Shown here one piece after another: positions 9,851 through 21,569 of a stretch of DNA of 36,102 bases. A model generated the notes under the pieces. That model was given only the letters and a program-made list of their open reading frames with translations. It searched no databases and was not told the DNA's origin. The first letter of the stretch is position 1, and each line of letters begins with the position of its first letter. The position numbers were made by a program, and so were the translations under genes. The DNA comes from Octopus bimaculoides (taxonomy: Eukaryota): NCBI RefSeq assembly GCF_001194135.2, contig NC_069001.1, positions 30,698,920-30,735,021 of the forward strand. The letters run 5' to 3'.

Positions 9851-10374
9851 CAGTAGAGTTTATTTGCTAATAGAATGTGGCAGTCCTACACAGGACGATG
9901 TTACTACTGTTTAGCCTCGTGAAAATATCTTTTCCAGCTGGCTACCGACACACAGTTTGTGTCCGTATACTACGAGCAAGGGAGTTTATCGCTCTTATCT
10001 CTAGTCTTCGTGACACTCACAGACCTAGGTTCTGGGTTTATTTCCCCTCTTTGGTGTGAGACAATTACAGGCCAGTGACGAGGGCTCACTCGACTTGCTC
10101 ATCCTATATACTTTTCAAAGCTACACACAGTGGCTGATCTCGTAAAGAGCAAAACAATTAGTTTTAAATCTCATCACTGGCTTGTGATTGTCTCACACCG
10201 AAGACGGAAACCACCCAGAAACCTAGGTCTGTGAGTATCACGAAGGCTTGCTCGTACTATACGGGCACAGACTGTGTCGATAGCCAGCTGGAAATGAGGT
10301 ATTCCTGGAACTAAGTAGTAGTAACATCATCCTGTGTAGGACTGCCACATTCTGTTCGCAAGTAAACGTTACTG
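9851..10374. mobile_element. 524-bp foldback/MITE with about 200-230 bp inverted arms and CAGT...ACTG termini (Tc1/mariner-like ends)
   Basis: The left arm 9851-10082 is the reverse complement of the right arm 10170-10374 (e.g. GAATGTGGCAGTCCTACACAGGA / TCCTGTGTAGGACTGCCACATTC). TA precedes the left CAGT. The left arm has about 24 bp extra. Confidence 0.85.
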
Positions 10375-11081
10375 CTCGGAACTATTACTGCATATTTCTC
10401 GCTCAGAGATATAGATATAGACCCAGGACTGTAGAAGAAAACCACTCATTCAAGACACCGAACATTTGAACTGAACTCGAAACTACGTGAATGCAAAATG
10501 AGATCCTTAACCCTGTACCTATGCAACTGTGTTAGTTTTTATAGTATGTCATAAGACAGAGGTGTGACATGGTGAAAAAAACATAATTCACCAACCTCGA
10601 AGCGATCCTTTCCATCCAGGACATATCCATGGGAACCCTACCCGCCTAACCTCTGTCCACAACCTAACATCAAATTCCCTTATCTCACGCTACTACGTCC
10701 GTCGTTAGCGACAACTCTAAAGCAAAAGAGCTCACATAAATCAACATTGCCCTCACATGACCTTTGTCGCTTCTTCTCTTCCTGCAAGGCTCCTCAGGCG
10801 TTCGCGTAACGTCACTAAACCTCTACTCCCGGCCCACCTCAGCCCCACAAGAGGTTTTCAAAATCTATGTTCCTCGACTTATCACTTCATTGCGTGTTTG
10901 TCACGAAACCAAATTAAGTATCAACGTTTTTTTTTTTTTTCGTTTTTTTCGAGGTAATTGGTTTCTAAATATTGACGTCTGATATAATATCTAATTTTAA
11001 TTTCTGTCTTTTATTATTAATTTCGTTAATTGCGTTTCATTAACAAAACTAAATGCGACACGAAACATTTTATGTCTATAA

Positions 11082-11189
11082 ATGTGTCGCCATTTTGAAA
11101 ATGTGGGGTACGTTTCATTTGAAGAGAAGACGGGGTCCAATATAATGTATACGTCACCAAATTTTTGTAACACAGTTCAACAAACGCAG
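11082..11189 (+). other. Candidate exon ending in a consensus donor CAG|GTGAGT
   Basis: Donor at 11190. The frame MCRHFENVGYVSFEEKTGSNIMYTSPNFCNTVQQTQ is open up to it in phase 0. TATAAA at 11077 and CGCCATTTT (YY1-like) at 11088. No recognisable product. Confidence 0.25.
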
Positions 11190-11199
11190 GTGAGTATGA

Positions 11200-11610
11200 A
11201 CATAAATTTTACGATGGGTTATGTTGTTGTCACAGTTGATGGTGTCGCTGATGATGTTTTTGTTGTTACTGTCATTGTCACCGGCACATGGTTATTGTTT
11301 GTTTGTTTGTTGTCGTGTTTGATATTAATGATGCAGGGTTAGATGTTGGTGCTGATGCTGGTACCGTCATCACCGCCATTGTGGTCGTCATCGTTGTCGT
11401 TGTTGTTATCTTGTTGCTGCTGTTGGGCGTGATGCCGCGAAAGCTACAGCTGTAATAGTTGCTGCAGTCCCGCTTGTCGTTGATGTTAGCGGTGGTGATG
11501 ATGATGATGATGATGAGTTGTAGGACGAGGAGGATCGTGAAGTGGTGGGAGTAGTGGTGGTGATAGTGAAAATGGTAGTGGTGGTGGTGAAAATGGTGGT
11601 AGTGCATTGT
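11200..11610. repeat. Mosaic trinucleotide low-complexity tract (GTT/GAT/GGT)
   Basis: Simple-repeat mosaic that produces the His-rich - strand ORF. Confidence 0.85.
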
Positions 11611-11808
11611 ACTAGGCCAACCCTGATATAGATGATCTACGTATAACTAAAGACCGTTTTAGCTTTCTGCATATCTTCATCTTTAAGAGGGAGAGGGAGA
11701 GAGAGAGGGGGGAGTGGGAGAGAGAGGGAGAATTTATAATTGCATATATGAATATACACTTATCAATTGCATATAATGAAAATACATATATGTATATAAA
11801 TGTATATG

Positions 11809-11847
<39 letters not shown>

Positions 11848-12794
11848 GAAGCACTGGAAATGATTTGTGTTAAGAAGATGCAAAAAAATACTAATCAGAA
11901 ATTCACAGCTAACTAGAGGATGAGCATTTGTTTGTATTCAACGATATTTGACAGAAGTATATTTGGTCAAGCATATAACAATAAACTCGATATTATAATA
12001 TAAATTAATTGGCATGTTGACAAGCGACATAGAGTAGCTATATAACGTAATATAATGTAAAAGTTTAAAATAAAACCTGCCGGGAATAGAATTCAATGTT
12101 AAGCAACGAAATACGATTCATTAAATGTGAGAAATAAGAAATGTAATGAAATACTTAAGACCACTTGTAGCTTGAATAGCTTAAGGAGTGGATAAAATAG
12201 CGAATACTGTAGCAATAGAATGTTAATTATATGCTGCAAAAACAAACTTAATAATTGCGGTTAACTGCCTACTTGAAAACATATAATTTCACATTTAAAA
12301 AATTAATGCTGCGTCATCGTGTCCTTGAAAACGTAGAAATGCAATGCATGGTTTATAAGTCGTCGATGATTTATCAGTTGAAAATATCGTGTTTTTGTCT
12401 ACTGTCTGGTTTTGAGGCGAAATATGCTATATGTGCGCAAAATACGCCTGTGGTTACCGTATGACTATTTCTCAAATAAATTGGTAACATGTTGGATACA
12501 ATATTACGTACATAAGTATGGCTGCTGTTGTTGTTTAGAAATAAACATACAACTGTTAGGGCAAATTATTTATCTTCCTGTCCCTTGATGCAGAAAGATT
12601 ATCTAGAACAAAATTCATTCTACAATTTTAAATGGTACAGTATCGGTTTGGCTGCTATATCTAGCAGCTTAGACAAGCGCATTCATACATTATATTTTGA
12701 GACCAACAGAAACAGTTTGTTTTTAAGATGCAAATCCCTAATCTTAAGTGCTAAATATTTCAACTCCCTCCAATAAAAATATAGGTTCAGCCAG

Positions 12795-13175
12795 GGCTGT
12801 GTTGTAAGAAGCTTGCTTCCTAACCACACGGTTCCGAATTCAGTCGCACCGCGTGGCACCTTGGGCAAGCGTCTCCTACTATAGCCTCTGGCCGATCGAA
12901 GCCTTGTGAGTGGACTTAATAGACGGAAATTGAAAGAATCCCGTCTATATATATATATGTGTGCGTCTGTATTTGTCCCCTCATCCCCATTTCACAGCCG
13001 GTGTTGGTGAGTTTGCGTCCCCGTAACCTAGCTGTTCGGTAATAGAAACCGACAGAAACAATATTAGGCTTTAAAAATAAGTGATTGGTTCAATTTGTCC
13101 GACCAAACTACTTGAGGGTGCAGCTCCAGCATGACCGCAGTCAAATGACTTTAAGCAACAATAGAATAAAAGAAG
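12795..13175 (+). mobile_element. SINE family C (OR2/CORE-like) with extended 3' portion
   Basis: tRNA-like head GGCTGTGTTGTAAGAAGCTTGCTTCC...GGTTCCGAATTCAGTC, then GCGTGGCACCTTGGGCAAG and GCCTTGTGAGTGGA, a (TA)n spacer and a further repeat-like segment. Confidence 0.8.
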
Positions 13176-13629
13176 ACAATTTCTGTAATACAAGTGCTGC
13201 TCGGTGATGTGATATAAAAAAAAAACTTGAGTTTAGTTGAAATCTTTGTGACATATTTTAACTTCTAAAAGCAATTTCCGCGGAGGAAAAATTCTCGTTT
13301 ATGATAAAAGAGGTAAAATCACTCTCTCTGCTCAGTGTCGCCTCCTACCGTACTCATAGACCCGTTTCTGACTCCCTAGTCGTCTTTAGTAGTGTCTACC
13401 TGAGAGAGAATAAGCATGAACAGAACATAAATCCTTAATTTATCCGAAATTGAAGAAGTATTCTGAATGGTTCCGATATTCGTAATCTTGGATTTTTTTT
13501 AGTGTTTGTTAATCCACCATATATTGTAAACGTTTCGTCGTGTTCTTCATTCGATCTGATCCTACGGTGAAAACCCCGTTTTAACTTTGGGATTCAAATC
13601 ATTCGTATTGCTCAGTTCAATATTTCCTT

Positions 13630-13870
13630 TTACTACATTATGGCTTTGTGTTAAGCGATCGTCATTCATCACAAAAATCGAACAGCTGTCTATAACATGA
13701 CTGAAAGTGTTCATCTGTAGCACATGGAGTACAGATAATTTAAGTACATTCCAGTTGTTTTCTACCGAAAAACCCCAAATTGGAAATAAATTTACATCGC
13801 TAATTATTACTAACAGTAGTATCCTGAACACATTTCACAATGAGTTACTTTCCGATATTATTTAAGTTTG
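13630..13870. repeat. Old diverged repeat, inverted partner of 18430-18690; possibly an ancient LINE fragment
   Basis: The reverse complement GACAGCTGTTCGATTTTTGTGATGAATGACGATCGCTTAACACAA matches GGCAGCAGTTCGAGTTTTGTGATGAATGACAATTGCTTAATACAA at about 18638. Weaker similarity extends on one side. Confidence 0.6.
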
Positions 13871-14409
13871 ACTGATCGCTTCCTTTCGTTATATTATTAT
13901 CATTGTATTATTATAGATTCAATTATTTGCCCTCATTATAATGATATTAGAGTATGGATCACACACAGGGGACGTCGCTCTCTTTGCTTCGTTGCCGGAA
14001 AATTCTCACCAAATTTCCTCTTCATAGTGAATCCCATTGCAGAACGAATGCAACCAGAAAACTAATGTGTGTTTTGACCGAACGATGAAAAGGTCGTAAT
14101 GACATTTCCTTAAGACAGATCATCAAAATGTGTTATAAATAACATCTTTCTCGAAACAGAATTTTCTAGGATGTTGCCTAAATTCTTGATCCAAATGTCC
14201 TTGAGATTATTTGGAAAAGTGTTCGTTGCTCCAAAGGAGAACCTTTTCTGTATTCATACTTCTTAGAAAAATGTGTTAAACGGGGAGGGGTGCTTTTGTC
14301 GTAATTAAATTATTTAAACTATAAATCGATGTTACACATTATTTACTTCGAAAGGCTTCCACATACCTATCGCATCTGTTTGCCTCAACACGTTCTGATG
14401 CACCTTTTC

Positions 14410-14448
<39 letters not shown>

Positions 14449-14682
14449 NNNNNNNNNNNNNNNNNNNNNNNNNNNNNNNNNNNNNNNNNNNNNNNNNNNN
14501 NNNNNNNNNNNNNNNNNNNNNNNNNNNNNNNNNNNNNNNNNNNNNNNNNNNNNNNNNNNNNNNNNNNNNNNNNNNNNNNNNNNNNNNNNNNNNNNNNNNN
14601 NNNNNNNNNNNNNNNNNNNNNNNNNNNNNNNNNNNNNNNNNNNNNNNNNNNNNNNNNNNNNNNNNNNNNNNNNNNNNNNNNN
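14449..14682. other. Assembly gap (N run)
   Basis: N characters. Confidence 1.
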
Positions 14683-14990
14683 GTGTTTATTGAGCGAAAA
14701 CACCTAAAGCTCCACAAGGCTCCGGCAGGGGATGGTGGTGAACCCGACTGTACTCTTTCACCACAACTTTCTCTCACTCTTACTTCCTGTTTCTGTTGTG
14801 CCTGTAATTCAAAGGGTCAGCCTTGGCACACTGTGTCACGCTGAATATCCCCGAGAACTACGTTAAGCGTACACGTGTCTGTGGAGTGCTCAGCCACTTG
14901 CACGTTAATTTCACGAGCAGGCTGTTCCGTTGATCGGATCAACTGGAACCCTCGACGTCGTAAGCGACGGAGTGCCAACAAAAACAATCT
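14683..14990 (+). mobile_element. SINE family A copy (head hidden in the gap)
   Basis: Reverse complement of the 1506-1800 body, ending GTTCCGTTGATCGGATCAACTGGAACCCTCGACGTCGTAAGCGACGGAGTGCCAACAA. Confidence 0.9.
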
Positions 14991-15897
14991 AACACTCAAA
15001 TGCATCGCAGTCTTCATATAATCGTTGCCCGGTTTCTCTTCAATAATATAGGCTGATTAAGCCATATTGTATGGCATAAACAGAACAAAGAATTTGTTAT
15101 CCGTGATACCAAGAATAGCTAATGAGGATATTTAAATTCCGTACATAAGAACAATTACCTACAACGAAACGTTGCGGATAATGAATCTTATTGATACTTA
15201 AAAATCATGAATGAATTGTTTTTGAGCAGCTTCTGAAGGATTCGCCTGTATGATTAATTGCTGCAGTCCTCTAAGACTTAAGACATTGTATTTAATTATT
15301 TCGCATTTGACAAGCTTGTATTGCTCTCCTTAGCAAAAATATAAATGTAGTACTTGCATATTTTTTGTATATTTTCGTACTGCAAATTTCATCAGGAATG
15401 CAATGATATGATGTAGTTATCTATCTGTTTGTCTCAAACTTATTCTGCCTATCTACACACACAGAGACATGAATGAGTTTATAAACACAAACACACACAC
15501 ATACACACACACACATACACAGACACACACACACACACACGCACACACACATATATATATATACATATATGTATGAGTGCATCTATGCATCTTTGTATAT
15601 GCAAGTCTTTTGTATCACATGTACGTTTGTGTGTATATATATATATATGTGTGTATGTATGTCTAAATATACGTACGCGCATATACATAGATATACATAC
15701 ACATAGATATGTTTGTGTGTGTGTGTGTAACTTAAGACCGTATACATACATATATATAACAGACTGGAACATCTAAATCCCTTCGTCTCATTAGGACGTT
15801 GAGTTAAAAGAGCAACAAATTGCATTATGTGTTTCTTTTTTTTTTTTTTGTTGCATTATTCCCCAGTCTAAAGAACGGATACAGACGCGCACAGACA

Positions 15898-15938
<41 letters not shown>

Positions 15939-16152
15939 CACACCATACACACACCACACTTGCACACAACATACTCACACACAGCACATTCATACGCGCA
16001 ATCACACATATATATGCACATACACACCGAGTTTATTGACAAATGGCAATAACAAGCAGAACAATATAAACGCGCAGCGCGCAGAACCGAAAACTATTTA
16101 AAAAATATAGAAACGTATCTGTGTAGTTACATGTGTGTGTGAGTGTGTGTGC

Positions 16153-16858
16153 NNNNNNNNNNNNNNNNNNNNNNNNNNNNNNNNNNNNNNNNNNNNNNNN
16201 NNNNNNNNNNNNNNNNNNNNNNNNNNNNNNNNNNNNNNNNNNNNNNNNNNNNNNNNNNNNNNNNNNNNNNNNNNNNNNNNNNNNNNNNNNNNNNNNNNNN
16301 NNNNNNNNNNNNNNNNNNNNNNNNNNNNNNNNNNNNNNNNNNNNNNNNNNNNNNNNNNNNNNNNNNNNNNNNNNNNNNNNNNNNNNNNNNNNNNNNNNNN
16401 NNNNNNNNNNNNNNNNNNNNNNNNNNNNNNNNNNNNNNNNNNNNNNNNNNNNNNNNNNNNNNNNNNNNNNNNNNNNNNNNNNNNNNNNNNNNNNNNNNNN
16501 NNNNNNNNNNNNNNNNNNNNNNNNNNNNNNNNNNNNNNNNNNNNNNNNNNNNNNNNNNNNNNNNNNNNNNNNNNNNNNNNNNNNNNNNNNNNNNNNNNNN
16601 NNNNNNNNNNNNNNNNNNNNNNNNNNNNNNNNNNNNNNNNNNNNNNNNNNNNNNNNNNNNNNNNNNNNNNNNNNNNNNNNNNNNNNNNNNNNNNNNNNNN
16701 NNNNNNNNNNNNNNNNNNNNNNNNNNNNNNNNNNNNNNNNNNNNNNNNNNNNNNNNNNNNNNNNNNNNNNNNNNNNNNNNNNNNNNNNNNNNNNNNNNNN
16801 NNNNNNNNNNNNNNNNNNNNNNNNNNNNNNNNNNNNNNNNNNNNNNNNNNNNNNNNNN
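16153..16858. other. Assembly gap (N run)
   Basis: N characters. Confidence 1.
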
Positions 16859-17240
16859 TATATATATATGTATATATATGTATGTGTATGTATGTATGTG
16901 TATGTATGTATGTATATGTATGTATGTATGTATGTATGTATATGTATGTATGTATATGTATGTATGTATATGTATGTATGTATATGTATGTATGTATATG
17001 TATATATGTATGTATGTATATGTATGTATATGTATGTATATGTATATGTATGTATATGTATATGTATGTATATATATATGTATGTATATATATATATGTA
17101 TATATATATGTGTATATATATATATATATGTATATATATATGTGTATATATATATATATATGTATGTATATGTATATATATGTATGTATATGTATATGTA
17201 TGTATATATGTATATGTATACATACATATATACACATGAC
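16859..17240. repeat. Complex (TATG)n/(TA)n microsatellite
   Basis: Pure simple repeat. Confidence 0.95.
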
Positions 17241-17829
17241 TAAACATATTCAATAAAATATGAGAAAACAAAGAATAACCTAACGCCTTGATTTTAAAAG
17301 GCAAAAATCGATTTTAATCAAATGGTTGGCTTATCTTAATCATCTCCCTTGGCAGCGTTTTTAGGAACATCCATCTCTAAATAGAGAAGGATACGTTGGT
17401 TTGGGACAAAGTGATCATTTTAGATATGTTATATTTTGTTATCGTGTTCGTTTTTAGAACTAATTACCATAACTAATTACCGCATTCTATTTTCTTCAAC
17501 GACTATTCACACATTCGAAATCTTTGGGGAACTTGCATCTTCTTATTTCATTTCTCTTTGTGTCACTCAAATGTCAATCGCCATTTTTATGCTGTTAATT
17601 TTCTTTTATCGTCGTTAATATCAATAACACCATCAGTAACAGCAGCAGCAGCAGCAACATCACCATCGCCAAAAACATCAACATCAGCATTACCAGCAGC
17701 ATCACCGGAACCACTGCCAGCATCACAACACGTAAAATAGAATAACCACAACCACAGCAATATAAGAATTCGCGTTAGGAATTATGCCAGAAATAATTGT
17801 TTGTGCTTATTATTCTTGCATTTTTTGTA

Positions 17830-17868
<39 letters not shown>

Positions 17869-17926
17869 GCTATTGTTGTTGTTCATGTTCTATTGTTCAT
17901 GACGATCAGGCTGTTATCGACACCCA

Positions 17927-17963
<37 letters not shown>

Positions 17964-18113
17964 TACTTTTAATCTGCATTCTTGTTGCAATCACTTGCCG
18001 AGACACACCCACCGCACTAGGGCAAGAGATGTTACAGTATGACTCAATGGTTAGGAAGGGAAACTGGCAGGGGGCAGTATCGAAATTATTATTATTATTA
18101 GTAGTAGTAGTTA

Positions 18114-18144
<31 letters not shown>

Positions 18145-18429
18145 TGTAGTAGTAGTATCAATATTGATGTTGTGTTGTTGTTGTCGTCGCCACCGTTGTT
18201 GCTTTCCTATTCATCTATTCATTTCACAGCACGGATTAATAACAACTCTCTTGGTCGAGAGGGGTTTGCATTATGTTAACTCCGAAACCTTAACAAAAAG
18301 CTTTAAGCAGAAAGTACTTTAACAAGAATATGTACTGTTCCAAGTAGGACAGGTAAACGATTCGTTTACATATCTCTTTTGGTGGCCAACAATTGTTGAA
18401 GGTATCGTAGCTTTGGGAGAATTGAACTT

Positions 18430-18690
18430 AATGCTCAGATGACAAACGATAACACTAGTGCTGTTTTCAATATTGCTCCTGGTCATCTTTGCATTTCTTT
18501 TTTATATCTTCATTGAAATAAACATATCTAGAGAACTTTTTCAACGAATTTGTCGCTAATATTGTTGTGCAAATGAACTGTAACGACTATCACGTGGTAT
18601 TTGAGGCTACAGAAAAAAACCTGTTACCCGTTGCACAGGCAGCAGTTCGAGTTTTGTGATGAATGACAATTGCTTAATACAATATCCTAA
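18430..18690. repeat. Old diverged repeat, inverted partner of 13630-13870
   Basis: Homology as described for the partner. The - strand reads RYVYFNEDIKKKCKDDQEQY, reminiscent of the RTE-type ORF2 linker (weak). Confidence 0.55.
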
Positions 18691-19029
18691 TACGTAAGAT
18701 GATAAAGACATTTCTTCGGTGTCAAATTTTTAGAAATCATTAAAAAAACTACTTTCTGCTGAACCAAACTCTTTCATAAATTTTATTTTATCCACTTAGA
18801 CTATCTATAACATTTGTCATATTTTATATTTCCAGACTTAAAGAGATTTACTTTTTATATACGATTTTAACCGCCTTGCTTGCATGCGAAGGATGTTTCT
18901 TTCTTTTTTATTTATAATTATTGACCTATCAATTTTTTTTTTCGACCTCTTACTACCTTGCACAAATGAGTAAGTCTGACAAAAATTTTAATCCGTTTTT
19001 TTTATGCAATTTCTGAAAAACAATTTTCG

Positions 19030-19205
19030 TAATAATAATGTTCCATATTTAAGAGATGAGGAATTATGTACATTATTTACACTATTTACATTTGATGGAT
19101 ATTTGTCCTCATCTTGCTTGTTGTTGACACAACGTTTCCGATGATATACCCTCCAGCCTTCATCAGGTGTCTTGGGAAAATTACCAACCTGGGTTCTCAT
19201 TCCTA
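19030..19205 (-). mobile_element. Penelope-type 3' tail A
   Basis: Contains a minimal hammerhead, followed by the same tail as 7195-7301. It is bounded on its 5' side by simple repeats. Confidence 0.7.
19126..19171 (-). ncRNA. Minimal type I hammerhead ribozyme motif (PLE-type, palindromic stem III)
   Basis: GACAC-CUGAUGA-A-GGCUG-GAGGGUAUAU-CAUCG-GAAAC-GU-U-GUGUC. Stem I GACAC/GUGUC is a perfect 5 bp, stem III is a loopless ACGU palindrome, and stem II has 2 mismatches. Confidence 0.65.
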
Positions 19206-19739
19206 ACGTATTTTTCTTCCTTTCCTTCTTCGTCTCCTTCTTCTTCGTTTTCTTCTTCTTCGTCTCCTTCTTAGTAGTAGTAGTAGTAGTAGTAGATTTA
19301 TATAAACATGTCTTTGTGTCTCCAAGCACTTGTTTGAGGCTCAGATGTCTGTTTGAAGCTCAAGACTTTACTCCTTGAGAAAGCACGTAAATAAGTTTGT
19401 TACAAAAATGGTAGAAATGGTATTCCCCCTTTGTCATCCCATTTTACTTTTTGTACCAGCCTTCTCGTATTTTCTAGTAATTTCTCATGGACCAGAATTC
19501 TAGGTTTGAAACTTAACTATGTGGATTGCTTGGGGTCAAAAGGCACGTTATATGAATTTGTCTGATTTCATTGTCCTTATAGGCTGATATTATTCGTAGC
19601 TCTTATTTTGATTACATGATCATTAAATATTATTTATCTATCACTGGATGGGGTATTATTTTGATCCTAGCTAAACAGAACAGTATATTATTTGTGTACG
19701 TGTGCGAGAGTGAAAGAGAGAAAGTGTGCTTGTGTGCGT

Positions 19740-19832
<93 letters not shown>

Positions 19833-21152
19833 GGGTATTCTTGAATCAAATCTGAAGTTCTGAAATCTCAAAAGAAATCTGGTTAAGTTAAAGGTGGCCG
19901 CAGGGGGACATATTAATCTTACATGATTTGTGTATTCGAAAATGATACTTCACCAAAGCCATAATTATATAATTATTACTAGACATCATGAAATACTGTG
20001 CGGAAGATGGGCTGCACAGGTCTTTACACAACCAGTGATAACGCAGGAACTTGGCCTCAGAAACAATACAATCGACATTTTCAAGAGATACATTTATACC
20101 ACATTTCGGGTTACGTTTTCAGTTTTCAAACTGTATGCCTAAGTTACTGTACGTGGGACAAGACAATGAAAAGCGATCTCATGGCGAATTTAAATTAAGG
20201 TAAAGAGACAATTTATTTACCATTCCCCATTATAATTTCTCTTATTGAACACAGTTCGTCTTATTCCTACACAAACAATACAACCATCATTATCTTCTTT
20301 CAAAACAATTTTATTCCGTTCGTTTTCAATTATGATTTCACTATTTCACGTTTACTTGCTCCTTAAGCAACAATTACGAAGGATAGACACTGTTCGTGTG
20401 TCAGATTAGCATTTAAAAGTTGCCTCTTTTGCTCTTAATTCTTTTTAACAGTTTACAAATTAGCTAGCTTTTGCTTAGCTATTTACTTGTTTTTGGCCAT
20501 ATTTCAAATTTCATATTGACCTGATACGTAGGCTGGAGTCAAAAACCTAATGTCAATCACCACTTGAGACAAGGAGATAACGAACAATATAAGCAGAAAC
20601 AACAAAAGTAAAAATAACACCAACAATAACAACAACTGCAACATAAGCAACTGTAGCAGCAATACGAGGTAGAAGTGGCGGCAAGAGCGGATACTAACTT
20701 TATCTCTCTTAATCTGTCAGTTTGCCATTAACGTGACGTAAATACACAACTTTGAAAACAATGTACATATGTGTTTGTGTCTGTGGGTGTGTCTGTGTGC
20801 GGATGTGTGTGTAATATATAGATATGTGTATATATATACACATGGATATACATGCATATACATATATATATATATGCATATATATGTGTATATATATATA
20901 TACACATATGGATATACATACATCTATATATAAAAATATCTATATACGCATGTACACATACGTAGATGTGTGCATACCATAATATATGCATGTAGTGTCG
21001 AGTTCAAGTATTTATGAACATTATAATGACCAATGAAAATAACACAGATTTATGTGTGTGTAGAAGGGTATGTATGTGTGTGTATATATATCTATACATA
21101 TACACACACACATATATACATACATACATATATAACAACGTATATTTTATGT

Positions 21153-21194
<42 letters not shown>

Positions 21195-21569
21195 ACTACT
21201 ACATATAACATATATATTTACACACATTACTCCGAACATGTGTAAATATGCGTGAGTGAATAGTTGCGTGTCATGTGTGGTGGTGGTGGTGGGGGTGGAG
21301 GGGGTAGGTGGCGGAGGTTTTGGCGATGGTGGCGCCGCGGCTGCTACTGCTGATATCCAGTGTGAAAACGTTTGATGTATTTTAGTGCAACTTAGAGATA
21401 AATGTTTGCCAATGTGAATACCAGCATGTTTACATATATACAGTTTATATAGAATAATAGATTGTGTCTATACACACATTCATATGTACTGTAATTCAGT
21501 TTGATATAAGCGTAGTTATACAATTCAACCCGTAGCACCGGTTAATTGACACAAGGTTATGTATGTCCA

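Noticed and set aside
11278-11607. His-rich ORF suggestive of a cephalopod His-rich beak protein
   Set aside because: It lacks Gly-His repeats, a signal peptide and a chitin-binding domain, and is explained by (GGT/GAT)n on the other strand.
13338-13415. Exon-like segment on - (TTCTCTCTCAG|...ACG|GTAGGA)
   Set aside because: All three frames contain stops and there is no other support.
13440-13560. IYGGL...P...RIL pattern resembling an iGluR/IR pore loop on the - strand
   Set aside because: No flanking transmembrane helices, and the frame is closed by stops on both sides.
13590-13665. C/D-box snoRNA (GTGATGA...CTGA on -)
   Set aside because: The paralogous copy at 18.65 kb lacks the D box at the same spacing, and homology extends upstream of the C box.
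13562-13831. Resemblance of LSVLHVLQMN...NDDRLT to Cys-loop/chemotactile receptor beta strands
   Set aside because: There is no conserved WxD.RL.W, W.PD or Cys-loop, and the frame ends shortly after. Similarity is at chance level.
19892-19910. CTCF-like motif TGGCCGCAGGGGGAC
   Set aside because: It needs a gap to fit the consensus, and a single weak match is expected by chance.
19930-20198. Two overlapping 66-70 aa ORFs in non-repetitive sequence
   Set aside because: No recognisable motif (TSDNA is too short to call a transposase) and no convincing splice sites.
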